Shown: positions 40,960-54,254 of the stretch, piece after piece | Position numbering within the stretch: position 1 is the stretch's first letter | Layout: each line of letters begins with the position of its first letter | Assembly: GCA_043228905.1 (NCBI GenBank) | Contig: JBHGNT010000003.1 | Location: forward strand, 11,656,001-11,720,000 | DNA: 64,000 nucleotides | From: Azolla caroliniana | Lineage: Eukaryota > Plantae > Polypodiophyta | Direction: 5' to 3' | Translations under genes and position numbers: made by a program | Notes under the pieces: generated by a model | What the model saw: the letters and a program-made list of their open reading frames with translations, nothing else | The model's database searches: none | What the model was told of the DNA's origin: nothing

Positions 40960-43385
40960 ACAATGGAGTAGAAGGAGGTGAAGCCATAACACTACCTATG
41001 GCTCGAGTTCCGACGATTCCTCATAATGTGAACCTTCTTAATTTTATTGATGGTAGTGATAATTCTTGTGAAGTAGCTCATTTGAAAAGGACAAGAGCCT
41101 CTCAAAAGGAGAAAGAAGTAGAAGGATAATCTAGTGCATCAAGACAAAAGAAAAATTCTAAGAGAATGAGAAAGAGGAGAAATTGAAAAGGAGACACTCC
41201 AGAAGGAAGATAAAGATGGAGGATATTCCTATGGGAGAAGGTGTGGAAATTTTCCATTTGAAGCATGAATTGGTATCAAGTGAACCAAGGATAACATGAT
41301 TGCAACTTCTCAAATTATCTCCCACATTACGAAAGGAGTGGGGGAGGTTTGAGAGTATTCGTCAAAGTCGGAAGACCATGCATTATGTGGGGATCGTGTG
41401 AGTAGAAGATCGAAAGGACATACGTCCAACCATCCTTGTCTCCATCAAGGGGTTTCACATCAAGGATGCCTTAGTAAATAGTGGTATTAGAATTGGTTCT
41501 TCATCTAAGGTTGTAGTGAGTAAGATTGGAAATCTTATATATCAAAAGTCAGCTACCAAAGTAGAAATGGTTGATGGTAAGACCTTGGATGCAAGAATTA
41601 CATGTAATACAAGATTGGAGTATGATGAACTTATCACCATCAAAGAGGTTTAACATCATAATGACTTGTATCTACAATGAGTAATCAAATGTATAAAGGA
41701 GAAGGAAACATCTATCAACAATGGAAAGAAAGAAGAGTAAATCATAACAAGTGATGGATCTTTGTGGGATAGGGAAAAGAAATTGTTCCACGTGATGTCT
41801 AAGGATGAAGGAGAAGTCATTGAAGAAGGTATTATCACATTAAAGGGGAAAAGAAGAGGATTTCAAACGATGTCCAAGGATAAGAGGATCTAAGGTTTAT
41901 TTCTTTTCTCTCTAAGTTTCTAGAGTTATTAATAGATGATTATTCACTGATAAAAGGAAAAGGCATCAAACACCACATCAAGTTGAAGGAAAGTGTACCA
42001 ATTGTCCAAAAGCTTCGACGATTGGGGATTGTGAAAAAGGAAGATCTTATAAAGGAGTTCACTGCATTGTTGCAAGCGAGTTTCATTTATTATATGGAGG
42101 ATTTGAAGTGTGTGTCACCTATTGTTGTGGTTCCAAAGAAGAATGACATCAACTTCAAACCTTTGAATGGTTCAACCAAACGAGATAAACTTTCACTTCA
42201 TTTCAGAGATGAGATTCTAGATGAAATAGTCTTATATACAAGAAAAGGTAATGTGGAGAATGTGGTGCGCCAAGAAGGAATTCATGTTGATGAAGCAAAG
42301 ACCGAAGTAATTCAAAAGGTGACAATTCCAACAAGTCTCAAAGCTTTGAAGGTATTTGTGCAAAAGGTTCACTTGCTTGAAAGGTTTATTCATATGTTGA
42401 CATGCTTACTTCTCTCAAGAGTTACATATCGGATGACCCTACTTGTGTTTGGAGAGTTGACGAAGACATAATAATTGTGGTAACCTCTTTCTTTGTGTTG
42501 ACAAGGAGAAAGATGGTGATGGCAATTGTTAATGTGTGTATCGGTGTGTGTCTAGAAGTGTGAGATTTTTTTCTATTGCGTAATACGGGTTTTTTCTCAC
42601 ACAATAATTTGATATATTTTTAGTATTTATACTCCTTCTTTGTCTATAGCCTACCATAAGGTGAGGGAGTTATTATTATTATTATCTTAGGATCACCATA
42701 AATTGTTTGCTCAACAAGCAGGGAGGGGGGCTAAATGTGAAAGTGTTTTTAGAAATCAAGTTAGTGAACACTAGAAGAATATAAGGTATGGAGCATTCAC
42801 ATTTGGAGGGCAATAACACAAACCAAGATCTTAAGGAGAAGTCAAACTAAAAGCAAGAGACATGGAGAAAAGTAAAAGGAGAAAAAGTGGGCCACCTAAA
42901 ACCAATTTGAAAAGAACGATCATAACTCTTTCGTTGGAAACCCAAATATCATGTTCAAATATGGGTTCGAAAGCTCGTGAAGAGATCTTCAAATGTTATA
43001 GTTCTAAATTTGGATCTATGATGAGGGAGATATAATGATTATAAGGTCACTTTGTCATAGCTAAAAATAGGAGATGAAAAACTTCTAAAAAAGTGTGAAA
43101 AAGAGGGCAAGGAGGAAGAATAGGAAGATTATAAGAAGTGAGAAGAAGGGGGTTAGAAGAGGGGATGAGAGAAAGTTGGAAAAGGTGAGAAGAAGAATAG
43201 TAGAAGAAAGAAAGAGACGATGGAAAAATAATGAATGAAAGATGTGAGTTTGGGTGATAGGAAATTAAGTAGTTCTTTAGTTTTGTGGTTGTATTTGGAG
43301 TTTATCCATTTTGTATTGTGTCCATAATAGAATATAATAGCATTCTTGACTCGTTCTCTTCTCTTGTCTATCTTTTCTCTAAATC
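40960..43385 (+). mobile_element. Older, degenerate, 5'-truncated relative of element A (3' LTR from 42736)
   Basis: Clear similarity to the reverse complement of ~14000-16030; ORF 41983-42471 ends LLVFGELTKT*; PPT GGGAGGGGGGCTAAA followed by TGTGAAAGTG. Confidence 0.88.
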
Positions 43386-43399
43386 TCTTTGAAGAAGCT

Positions 43400-43980
43400 T
43401 CTTGATATGATTGATATAGACTATGTGCTCTCCTTCAACGACCAAGTCGTCGACATATATTATGATGAATAGCTGTCCTTTAGAGTTGCTCTGGATGAAC
43501 AAGGAGTTGTCAGAATTGGACATTCTGAAGCCGAATTGATGAAGATATTGACCGATCGTCGAATGCCAAGCTTTGGGTGCCTACTTGAGACTGTATAAAG
43601 GCTTTTTGAGTCGGAAGCCGGAAGTTGGATGTCTATTCGACTTGAAGCTGGGAGGTTGAACCATGTACACCTCCTCATCTAATTCACCTTGAAGAAAGGC
43701 GTTCTTTACATCCATTTGATGGTGTCATCCTTTGGCTATTGCAAGTGTGATTATAGTCCCGATTGTTGTCATTTTTGCCACTATGGCAAAGGTCTCTTCG
43801 TAATTGACTCTGTGTGGTTGTGCGTAACCTTTTGTAACAAGTCTGGCCTTATGACAATTGACGGTGCCGTCGGCATTGTGCTTCACCTTGCATATCCACC
43901 AGTAGCCAATTGCTTTTTGGTGGGGTGAAGAGGGGACAAGATCCCAATTGTTTTTGTTGAGGGCTAAGTGCATTTCTTCG
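43400..43980 (-). pseudogene. Copia reverse transcriptase fragment
   Basis: NWDLVP, HKARLVTKGYAQ..YEETFA, LKQASQAW, IIYVDDL. Confidence 0.85.
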
Positions 43981-46348
43981 TGTAAAGAGTTAAATCTAGA
44001 AGCTTATGAAATGATAGTTGGTCGGTTATCCGGAAATTGAACAGAATAGAACAGTTCCTTAACATAGAGTACAAAGTACTGAGAAAGAGAGAGAGAGTAA
44101 GAGAAGGCAAAAAAAAACTCTATTATAAAAAATGCTCAGTTACATTATAGAGTGCTTAAGTACACTTTATATATACATGTCCATCTATCAGGGATGTTAT
44201 GAAGTACTAACATGTACTTCAATGCTCTTAAAGGAACATCTGACACTAATCGCCTACGTTGGACCTATTTAATAAAATAGGTCTACTCGGCATGTGCGAC
44301 GTTCTGGACGGCTTTCACAATCGCTCCATCATTTGGTCTAGATCCATCATCCGTATTTGACGTGCGGTCCGTCATCTAGATCTAGTATCCAACTTCTCCA
44401 GCTAATCTGGCATCCGGTCCAAAAACTGGCCCTAGCTGACCGAGGTCTGACTTACTGGCTTGTCCAATTGGTCCGGCCCATGTTGAGCTTGCTTGCTCAA
44501 CACTCCCCCTCAAGCTCAACTTGAGGTCGGTTCGTCGTGTCAAATGTAGCTGGTCCTTGCAACCGACTCATCATGGCATCCTCTTGCCTAGGTCACGCTC
44601 CACCTCCAGTTCGGTCCTGCATCCCACAAACCCTTCGGTCTGATGCTCCTCGACTCGTCCGCTTTCACGCACCTCGACCCTTATGGTCGGCTTGTTTGCT
44701 CGTCAGGCCCTTCTCAGCTCCCTCGCAGTTACGACATTAGCGCCGCTTGACCTGTTTATCCTTCATTTTGGTGTCGGCTTCCGCTGCCCTCTCGTCCGCT
44801 TGGCCTTCATATGATCCGGCTCTCCCAAATCAAACTCCTCGATCAAATAAGTTGTCTCCGATTTATCTTCCGTCATGTCTAAATCGATTGTCTCCAATTC
44901 ACCTTCCTTCTGGCCTTTGACCACGTCTGCCGATGTCCTAGTCTTGGCCTTCTTCTTTCGGTCGGGTCTATCCTTCTTGACTCTACTGCCTCTGCCGCCT
45001 CTACAAGATGTTTCAACTTCCTCTGTCGGTTCGGCTTCTTCTTTGGTTCTCCTCTTGCCTTCGATTGGCTCTACATCTGGCTCATTACCTTTGTTCTCCT
45101 CTCGAGCTGTCCCACCTGTTCCAGCTATCATATTGGGATTGTGACCGGCCACAACCGGTTCCTCGTATATGTATGCGGGTGCAAGGAACAAGTCGACAAT
45201 GCCAAGACAAAATAGAAAACAGAGAACAAAGACACAGAATATTTTACGTGGAAAACTCGAAAGGGAAAAACCATAGGGGTCCACAAACCCCGAGAAACTA
45301 ATCACTAATTGTGCGGAGAGGCGTACAAGGAGAATCAGAGGCAATAACCTCGAGCTCGTCTTCGTCTAACAGACGGCAACAGAGTTGCTGAAGTAGCAAA
45401 ACTTAAAGTAGCCAACGTGAACCTTCAAAAACAAATTAAGGACCTTGAGACATCTAGGGAAGATGGTGAAATATCTTCCCTAGAGGATATTAAGGACGAG
45501 ACCAAAAAGGTTAAGGAAGAGGTTAAAAGTGATATGGAATTAGCAAAAACTGGGTGGGTTGATATTGAAAAACACAGTATTAAAAAAGAACTAAAGGATG
45601 AAAACATTGTAAACACTACCCTTGAGGAGGAAAAAATGTGTCAAGCTCGACGCCTAAATGTACGAGTTACTAGGCTCAAGGAAGGGGCATCTCCCGACGT
45701 AGATGCACAAACATTAGGGAAAATGTTGGGGTACGAACCCCTACCAATCACTAAAACTTGGAGGGTAGGACGTGACACCACTAGGAAAAGAGCTTTAGTC
45801 CTTAAGTTTAAGGACTCAGAATCTAGAATCGCCTTTTTTAAAATGAGACCAATTCTTCGAGGATTGGGTGGGGACCCTATCTACCTCGATGAAGAACTAA
45901 CCAAGATGCAAATTGAGCATCGTAAAATTTGTATGCCACGAGTCATACAAGCTCGTAAAGAGGGGCCTCGTGCTTTCTACCGAGATGGATGTGTGATAAT
46001 AAATGATCGCGTTGCCAATTGACGGCGTGTGGCCCATGTGACAGATAATAAACTTAGGATGACTTTGTGGAATTGTAATGGTGCACTTTGGACACACCCT
46101 GGCCGTCTAGAGGATATTTTGAAGGTATTTGATATACATTTTTTAGTAGAAACACATCAAAGTCCAAATCGAGGACTGCCATGAGTTGACGGTTTTCGTT
46201 GGGAATTTGTCTTTAGACAAACCTCACGTGGACACACTACTAGAGGGTCTGGAGGGGTTGCGATATTATTTCGGAGAGAGATACATAATATGATAGAAAT
46301 ACTAAAGACTGACCCAAAAGCCCGTTTTATGTGGGTGAAAGTCCTCAC

Positions 46349-49300
46349 TGTTAGCCAACCGGCAAGGAGTGGAGGCATTCTAGGCACCACCCCACAATGC
46401 TTCTCAATGCTTGTTGTCTCTCTCACCATCAATCCCATAACGTTCATCATCCTCATCAAACCCACCATCCCCATCACCAATCATCATTACCATTAAACCT
46501 AACCCTAAAACCTACAACACCTCTCCTAAGGGCCGGACAATAGCCTAACACAAGGTGTCTACGGAAGACACTTCACCAAAGGGTGTTACGGCAGGGTAGC
46601 TTAGACTAACGATTGATTAGACCTTTATCGGCTACTTAAGCAACATATCATGAATCTTAATACACACATAAGATAGAAAGTAATTAGCACAGAACGGTAA
46701 TCAATACACAGAGATACGACAATATGGCTTCATTAATTATCCGTCATGATTTACAATGTAACTGGGCCTTGTTATAGATCACCGGCTCTGCATACAAAAC
46801 GGTGCCAACCGGCACACTAATATGAACCGGTTTGGATCCGGATCGGCATATTGATTCCGGTTCGTCCGTTCACTTCTCAAAATATACTCAATTACGTAAT
46901 ATTCTAATAATAGCTTCCGATAATTCCCACCCTTTCACATTCTGGACTGTCCTCCTCGGCGACCGTACGATCTGTTGCCGTTTCTGCATGACCCTAAACA
47001 ACTTTGCATCCGGAAACTCGTATGGGACTCCGTCACCGGTTTCACCGGAGTCTAACCGGCTCAAATAATCCACAACCGCATGTTGTATGCCTGGCCGATG
47101 AAATATCTCGAACTCAAATTCCTGTAATAATAACGTCCACCGGGCCAGCTTACTTGTGAGTGATGCTTTTGAGACCAAGTAAAGTAGCGCCGAATGGTCT
47201 ACATGAAAGGAAAATTTCCTCCCCAATAGATAGTGTCGGAACTTGGTGACGTTGTAGATCATGGCCAAGGCTTCTCTTTTTGTCGTTGAGTAATTACGTT
47301 CTGCCTGGGACAGCTTCTAACTGGCATAATACACGGGCCGGTACCACTTCGGTTCGGTAAGCTGCATTAATGCACTCCCAATTACTATGTCAGAAGCGTC
47401 TACAAATACGTGGAATGCTTTAGACCAATCCGGAGGTTGCACCACCGGTGCTTGTGATAGTAGTACTTTTAATGCTCGGTAAGCCTTCTCTTCTGTGTCC
47501 GTCCATTGAAACGGTGTCTAGTGCACTGCAACATGCAATGGTGTGGCCAGGTCTGCCAGATATCAGAGCATCCGGCTATGCCACCGGATTTGTCCTAGGA
47601 ACTGACTCAATGCTTTCGCCGTGGTGGGTGCTGGTGCCTCCAAAATTGCTTTGACCTTGTTCGGGTCTACTGCAATACCGTCCTTGCTAACGATGTGGCC
47701 GAGTAATGCACTGCTTGACACTCCGAACATGCATTTCGCTGGGTTAAGGCTTAACCGGTAAACCCTACATTTCTCAAGACATAGTCGGAGGTGTTCCCCT
47801 TCCCGGCTGTACACGGCGAAATTGTCTAGGAACACTTGCATGAATGCTGGAATAAATTCTCCGAAAATCTCCATGATTATCCGCTGAAAGGTTGCCGACG
47901 CCGTTTTAAGTCCGAACATCATGACTACAACGACAAATACTCCCCATTCGGTAACAAAAGCGGTTTTCTCCTGGTCGTCGGGGTGCATTCGGATATGATT
48001 GTAGCCGCTGAATCCGTCCAGGAAACTATAAACTTCGTGACCGGCTACTACATCTAGGACTCCATCCGTAAAAGGGAGTGGGAAGGCATCGGTTACCGTT
48101 GCCGCATTCAACTTCCAGTAGTTGACACATACCCTGATTTTTCCGTTCTTTTTCGGTACGATGACTATCAGACTCAACCATGTCGCCTTCTTGACCGGTC
48201 GGATGAACCCTACCCGTAACAATTTGTTGATTTCTTCCTTTACTTTTGCTGCATAGTTAGGGTTCATCCGGTAGCGTCGTTGCACCACCGGCTTGGCATC
48301 CTTACTCAGATGTATCTGGCGTTGATACAACTAAGGATCTAGCCCCCACATGTCCTCGTAAGACCACGCGAATACTTCCCGAAACTCCTTTAATAAGGTG
48401 ATCATTGCCGTCTTCCTTTCTGGAGTCATTTCTTTGGCGATGTGAACCGGTCTTACGTCTTCTGCGGTGCCTAGGTTTACCTCTTCCAACTGAGAGGCTT
48501 TTACGCGTTGAGATACTGCCAATTCCTTCTCCAAAGCTTCCTGCGCTTGCCGTAACTCTTTGATGGCTCCTTTATCTAGTTCTTCATCGGCATCCTTTGG
48601 TTGCATTATATATGGTGCCACTGCTTCGGCGACATCAATTTCAAATAAAGGTACAATTTTCGGATTCTCCTGTAAGTACTGATCGACCTCTTCATTAGCC
48701 AATCCTTCAAGCATGTTGCCACATTCTGCATACAACGGTGTCAGCTCCTTGTCGGTACTCGAACATGGTTGTGTAGGTACTTGTACTTTCGCTTTGCTGC
48801 GCTAGAAAGTAATTATGTTTTTCCGTCAGTTTTGCTTGATGTGCGTTGTTTTTAGCCATGGGCGGCCCAACAACAGTGGGTATGCCCCTTGTGCATTGAG
48901 ATGGAGGATTACTGCCAAAATGCGGAATGCGTAACCTCCGATAGTTACTTCCAAATCTCGTATCAATCCGGTAGGTCTTACTGAATTTGTGTCCGCCATT
49001 CGGAGCCAAAACGGGCACGGATCCCAGTCATTGATCCCCAGGTTATTACAAGTTCGGAGGCTAATCACGTTCACGCCGGATCCTCCATCTATAATCGTTT
49101 CGGGTAGCTCTCGTCCCTTGATGATGGCTATGATAGCCGGATTGCTCGAGTCCACTAACGTCGGTCCTTCCTCCGGATTAGAAAAGAACGCCGGAGCCGG
49201 TGGCATGTCAACCGCAGTCATTCCCGTCTTCAGTCCTTCTGTAAACCGAGGTACTAACTACAATAGCCGACCTAATGGCAGCGTGATTTGGCATTCTTGC

Positions 49301-51555
49301 AATGCCTGCCATGTTGGGTTTTCCGCCTGGCTATTGCCGGTGGGCTCCTTTAGATTCTCTTTTTGTTGTTCCAGTTCTGCCACATTCTGCTCATTTGCCT
49401 TCTTTACCCATTCAGTGGCCTGCTTCTGGATGGCTTCTTGGGTTTCCCACTCCGTTGCTTTTCCTTTTGACCTCGTGGTCACTTGTTGTATGTCCGCGAC
49501 TTCCGCTACCACCATGTTTACCGCTGGTTGCTTATCGTAGCTTTTCGCCGGACATTGGTTACTGTAGTGTCCCTCTTGTCGGCAATAGTAGCAGTAAGCC
49601 TTCCGGGTGTTGCTGGATTCTGCTTTCGCTTCGGCACCCGGTTGAGGTCTTGTTGTAAGTGCTTGGCCTTGGTCCGGTTGGGTGCTTGGTGTACCCTTTT
49701 TCGGCTCCTCTTGGTGATGCCGTTTTTTGTTGAAATGCTTTTTGTTCCGGTAACCCTGTCAGGGCTGGTCATCATACTTGCCATAGTCCTCCCTTCTGTT
49801 GGGAGACAGGTCCCTCCGGATGGGAAGGGAGAAGAACAGTGCCGACGAACAAACTCGGCCGAGGCCGAATCCGTATGAGGTGGACCCGGCTACGGAGAGC
49901 CGGATGATATAGACCCGGTGAAGACCGGATGAGGAGTACCCGGTTACGGAGAACCGGATGATACAGACCCGGTGAAGACCGGATGAGGAGTACCCGGTTA
50001 CGAAGAACCGGATGGTACAGGCCCAGTGAGAACCGGAAGAGGAGTACCCGGCTACGGAGAGCCGGATGGTGCAGACCCGGTATGAACCGGATGAGGAGTA
50101 CCCGGCTACGGAGAACCGGATGATACAGGCCCGGTGAGAACCGGATGAGGAGCACCCGGCTACGGAGAGCCGGATGACGCAGACCCGGTGAGAATCGGAG
50201 GAAGAGACATATTCGTAAATATGTTTCTGAGAGCCCATCGAGGCTACATTTGTAAATAGCCGAAAAGTCATATTAGTATAAATATGACTTAGGGCAAACT
50301 TTTCGAATGTTGATGTTATCATTTCCTTGTTGGTGCAAGAAGTGAGAGCGTGTAACAGTGTACAGGTTGAGAGAGAGAGAGAACGAGGTCGTTGCCTCTG
50401 TTGTAACCGCCGCCTGTGGCGACGATCGTGAGCACGAGGTCGTTGCCTCCGTGAACTCACTGTTTGTACATTCCAATATAGTGATAGCTTGCAGCCAGTG
50501 GGCTGCCGTGGTTTTTCCCTCTTTGGGTTTTCCACGTAAACATTTTGTGTACCCTTTTCTCTCCTTTGTGTCGCATGCATTTGTTTCCCGTTTTTCTGTG
50601 TATGAAAAGAAACTCAGTTGTGGCCGAGCTTTGTGCATAAGGAGCGTTGAGTTCCCGTCACCTTCGTGGGTTGTAACCGGGGGAGTGATCCCGGTTGTAT
50701 CGCTCATTCCGTTCCCTATTATAGTCCCGATATCTATCATATCTATCATACCGGTTGCGGTCATAAGCGTCTCTTCGATCACTATACCAGACATCTTGTG
50801 CCGGTCGGTAACGCTCCTCTCGCTGCTAGCGTTCTTCTTCCTCCTCCTGGTTGCTCCGTGGTTCGATTTGCCGGACCAGTGGCGCTTGCCGATTCAACAA
50901 GTTATACTCGCACCGATCCATTGCGTGGTTTTTGGAATGGCAAAGCAGGCATGGAGAACGCATGGTGCACTCCAGCGCCGAGTGTCCTGCATTCACGCAA
51001 GTTGTACATGGAATTGCTTGTCCAAATCGGAGGTCTTCATCGGTTGGCAACGCTCGTTGGAGTGCCCCCATCGTTAGCCACGAGTTGGATTTTTCCATTT
51101 CCCTGACTCGGTCTATGACCTGGTCGACGAAACTCGTGCGGAAATCAATGACTGTGCACACCGTTCGTAGGGGTTCCTGGAGTGCTGCCAGGAATATCGC
51201 CTTAGTCTGTTCCTCCGGTGCTGCCCTACTGAGCTGGCTGTGCATTGTTTGGAATCGGATTACAAATTGTTGAATGTTCTCCGTGGGCTCCTACCGGATG
51301 GTATAAAAAAGGCCGACCATTTCCCGTTGATCCACCTCTTTGTGAAAAAAGTGTAAGAATTTAGTTTTCAATGCCTCAAACGTCGTGATGGTGCTGGGAT
51401 CTTGCGTCAGGCGCCATCTGGCGGTGGGCCCTTCCAGGGTCATGCCGAACTCCACCATCTTTGAGCGTTCTGCTTCGGCCACGGTTAAGCGTTATGACAT
51501 ATGATTCGCGTCCAGGTCTGTTGAAATGCATCCGCTCCTTGCTGGCTGGCTAACA
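46349..51555 (-). mobile_element. Internally deleted non-chromovirus Ty3/Gypsy (gag, two CCHC knuckles, PR, RT, RNase H) with 31-bp terminal inverted repeats
   Basis: TSD CTCAC; IIDGGSGVN; SFLDGFSGY, FLDNF; KLARWTLLLQEF; integrase missing. Confidence 0.85.
49797..50660 (+). mobile_element. Solo LTR (Copia X/W-related) containing ~6 copies of a 54-bp tandem repeat (~49880-50200)
   Basis: TGTTGGG..TCA; TSD CCTTC; unit GAGTACCCGGTTACGGAGAACCGGATGATACAGACCCGGTGAAGACCGGATGAG. Confidence 0.9.
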
Positions 51556-54254
51556 CTCACTAGCAAGGATCAAGTGATATTTATCGCCGTTTGTTACTCC
51601 CCCCTGAAAGAATCCCGGTATAATATGGCTGGAGAGGCAAGTATAGTTGATGAAGGAACGCCACATGGGCCTTCTCCATACGAACCTTTATCGGATGACA
51701 TAATCCGATATTCCTCTCAAGGGGAAGTATTCCTTGTAGGAGATTTCAATGCGAGAACCCAATCCCGACAATGCACAATATTTCAGATGGATAGAAACCT
51801 AGAAATGGTGAATGTCGACCCGTTAGCCTTAGGCATAACACGTACATCAAAGGATCAAGGTGCGGACGCCACAAGCTTTGGCCATCATCTACTTGAACTT
51901 GGAAGCCGACACCAGATGATCATATATAATGGCTTGGCCAAGTGGCCGGGCTCGGAAGAGCTCACATGTTTCCCACATGGAGGAGGGGAAAGCACAATTG
52001 ATTACCTAATAGGATGCCCTAAAGCTACCCACATGGTTAACTCCTTCTAGGTGGCCCCATGCCCCATTGGTGCAGACCATAGCTTCCTATACTTTGAGCT
52101 AAAATGTGACAATTCCCACGCCACCAACTCTAGTCAACCAAACCATCACACCATAATACACTTCACGCATGAGCTCGCTAACATCTACTCTCGACATGTT
52201 CAAGCCCATCTCTCCTCTTTTGATTCTTTCTTGCCTTTAGAGAACCTCACTACAGAACTCACACACATCCTTCACTCAACAACAATTAGTACCTTCCCAT
52301 ACACGAAAGACTCCGGTCATAGTAGAATAGGGTCTATGCCACAAAACAAGTGGTATGATGAGGATTGTAGAGAGTAGTGTAGACAACTTAAAGTGTTGCG
52401 ACTTAGTGGCACTATTTCCTCAAGTACAGGCTCACAAAGAGATGCGCAAGATGACACGTCGTAAAAAACGAGCTTGGGAAGCATCTCAATATTGGGAACT
52501 CTACCATATGCTCATGAGTAGGGACCGCGCCCTTGCATGGAAGAGACTACGGGAATCGAGACCACAAACACCCATCGAGGATCCCAATATTTGGTACACA
52601 TATATCGAGAGACTCTACCATGTCCCAGACCAACCACGCATTCCAATGCCTTCCACACCTCGACCTACCATGGGGACACTTTTCACGACCTCTAGGGTCA
52701 CGAAGGTCATAAAAAGATTACAACATAGGAAATCCATGGACCACACAGGATTGTGAGCCGAGCACATCATATATGCTTGAGAGAGTCTAGCCCCCCTTCT
52801 CACTCTAATCTTCAACAACACCCTATCTTCAACAACACCCTCGCCGAAGGTTTTCCACCACAATGGACCATGAACATAGTGGCCCCTATACATAAAGGAG
52901 GGGACCCAATGGACCCAAATAAATATAGGACCATTATGATAGGTCATACGCTCGCTAAACTATATGGTGTAGTATTGGAAGCGGAGCTCAGTGATTATAT
53001 GGAAACATTAAGCCTTCGAGCACCTGAGCAGGCTAGCTTTAGACGAGCCTTCTCCACTATTGACCATATCTTCACACTTAGGTGCTTAATTGACCAGACG
53101 AAGGCTCATAAGAAGAAGCTATATTGTTGCTTTGTGGACTTCCGTAAAGCCTTTGACACAGTTCCTAGGGAGAGGTTGTTTGATAGACTTAAGAGCTTGG
53201 AGATACCAAATGACATGATTTGGGCCATTTATGCCCTATATGAGCAAGTCTCTGGGTGCGTAAGATGCCTAGGTGGCCTATCCGATTGTTTCACTAGCGC
53301 CATTGGTGTAAAACAGGGTTGCCCCCTATCACCGACTCTTTTTGGGATCTACATTGATGAGATCACTGATTTTATTGCTCGTAAGGGAGGCAAGGGAGTA
53401 GCTATTGGGGATACGCAAGTTAGTCTCTTACTCTTCTTGCTCTCGGAGTCGGAACACGACCTACAAAAGCATCTTAATGCCCTAGATGGCTTTTGTACAC
53501 AACGAGGACTAGTAGTGAATCTAACGAAAACTAAAGTCCTTATCTTTCATACATCTTCCCGAGTTAGGAGTAAATGTTACCTAATCCTCTCTCGTAAACT
53601 AGTTGAGGTTGTGGGATCATATGTATACTTGGGAGTCACTTTTAGTGTTCGCTCAGGTAAATTCTCGATGACCCAGGCAACAAAAGATAGGCTAACGAGA
53701 GGGTATGCATCCCTCTCACTCTTAGAGAGACAATGCCACTAGGCATACTTTTAAGAGCCACGGACTAAGGGATGGCTCTTCGACTTATTAGTGACCCCTT
53801 CCCTCACGTATGCATCAGTAGTATGGGCTCCAGGTCTACCATCTTTCATGTGGACACAATTAGAGAGACCTTTGGTAACGATGTTCATCCTCTCGGCCAA
53901 TCCATTCTGCTAGTTCATTTAGCTCTGGCCTCTTTAGCATGATATACTCGAGTCGAATTCCCTTCGCTCGACAGTATTCTTTGAACGGTCCACGATATTG
54001 TCCTCTGTTATCCGTTCTGACTGCCTTCAATTTTCGGCCGGCTCTCGGATGTGGCTTGGAATTCCTTGAAAACGGATAATACCTGGTCCTTCGTTTTCAA
54101 TATGGGAGCCCACAAATTTCGACTACAATCATCGATGAAGGTCACAAAATATTCTGAACCCGCATGTGACTTCGTGTCCATTTAGCATATATCTGTATGC
54201 AAGAATTCCAGCGGCATTCTCTTCCTTGTCCGTGACTTGGTTCGGAAGGAGGTT

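Larger units (their letters stand above)
45381..53880 (+). mobile_element. Two-ORF LINE (ORF1 45417-46022; APE endonuclease ~46060-46348 + 51561-~52100; RT ~52800-53740), split by a Gypsy insertion and 3'-truncated
   Basis: WNCNG..VETHQ..GGVAI | VGDFNART..STIDY..DH; CFVDFRKAFDTV, GVKQGCPLSPTLF; YADD segment deleted; the endonuclease rejoins across TSD CTCAC. Confidence 0.85.

Noticed and set aside
31378-44502. LTRs at 31378-31794 and 43981-44502 as a pair of one element
   Set aside because: They are related but diverged. The left one has its PBS on the outer (left) side and the right one has its PPT on the outer (right) side, so they belong to two different insertions.
44763-45344. 193-aa ORF as a standalone membrane protein gene
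   Set aside because: The hydrophobic N-terminus is read from the inserted LTR of X; only the part below 45130 belongs to Copia Y.
49759-50580. 273-aa ORF with 18-aa repeats, and 239-aa ORF 50358-51077
   Set aside because: Products of the 54-bp LTR minisatellite and of antisense gag.
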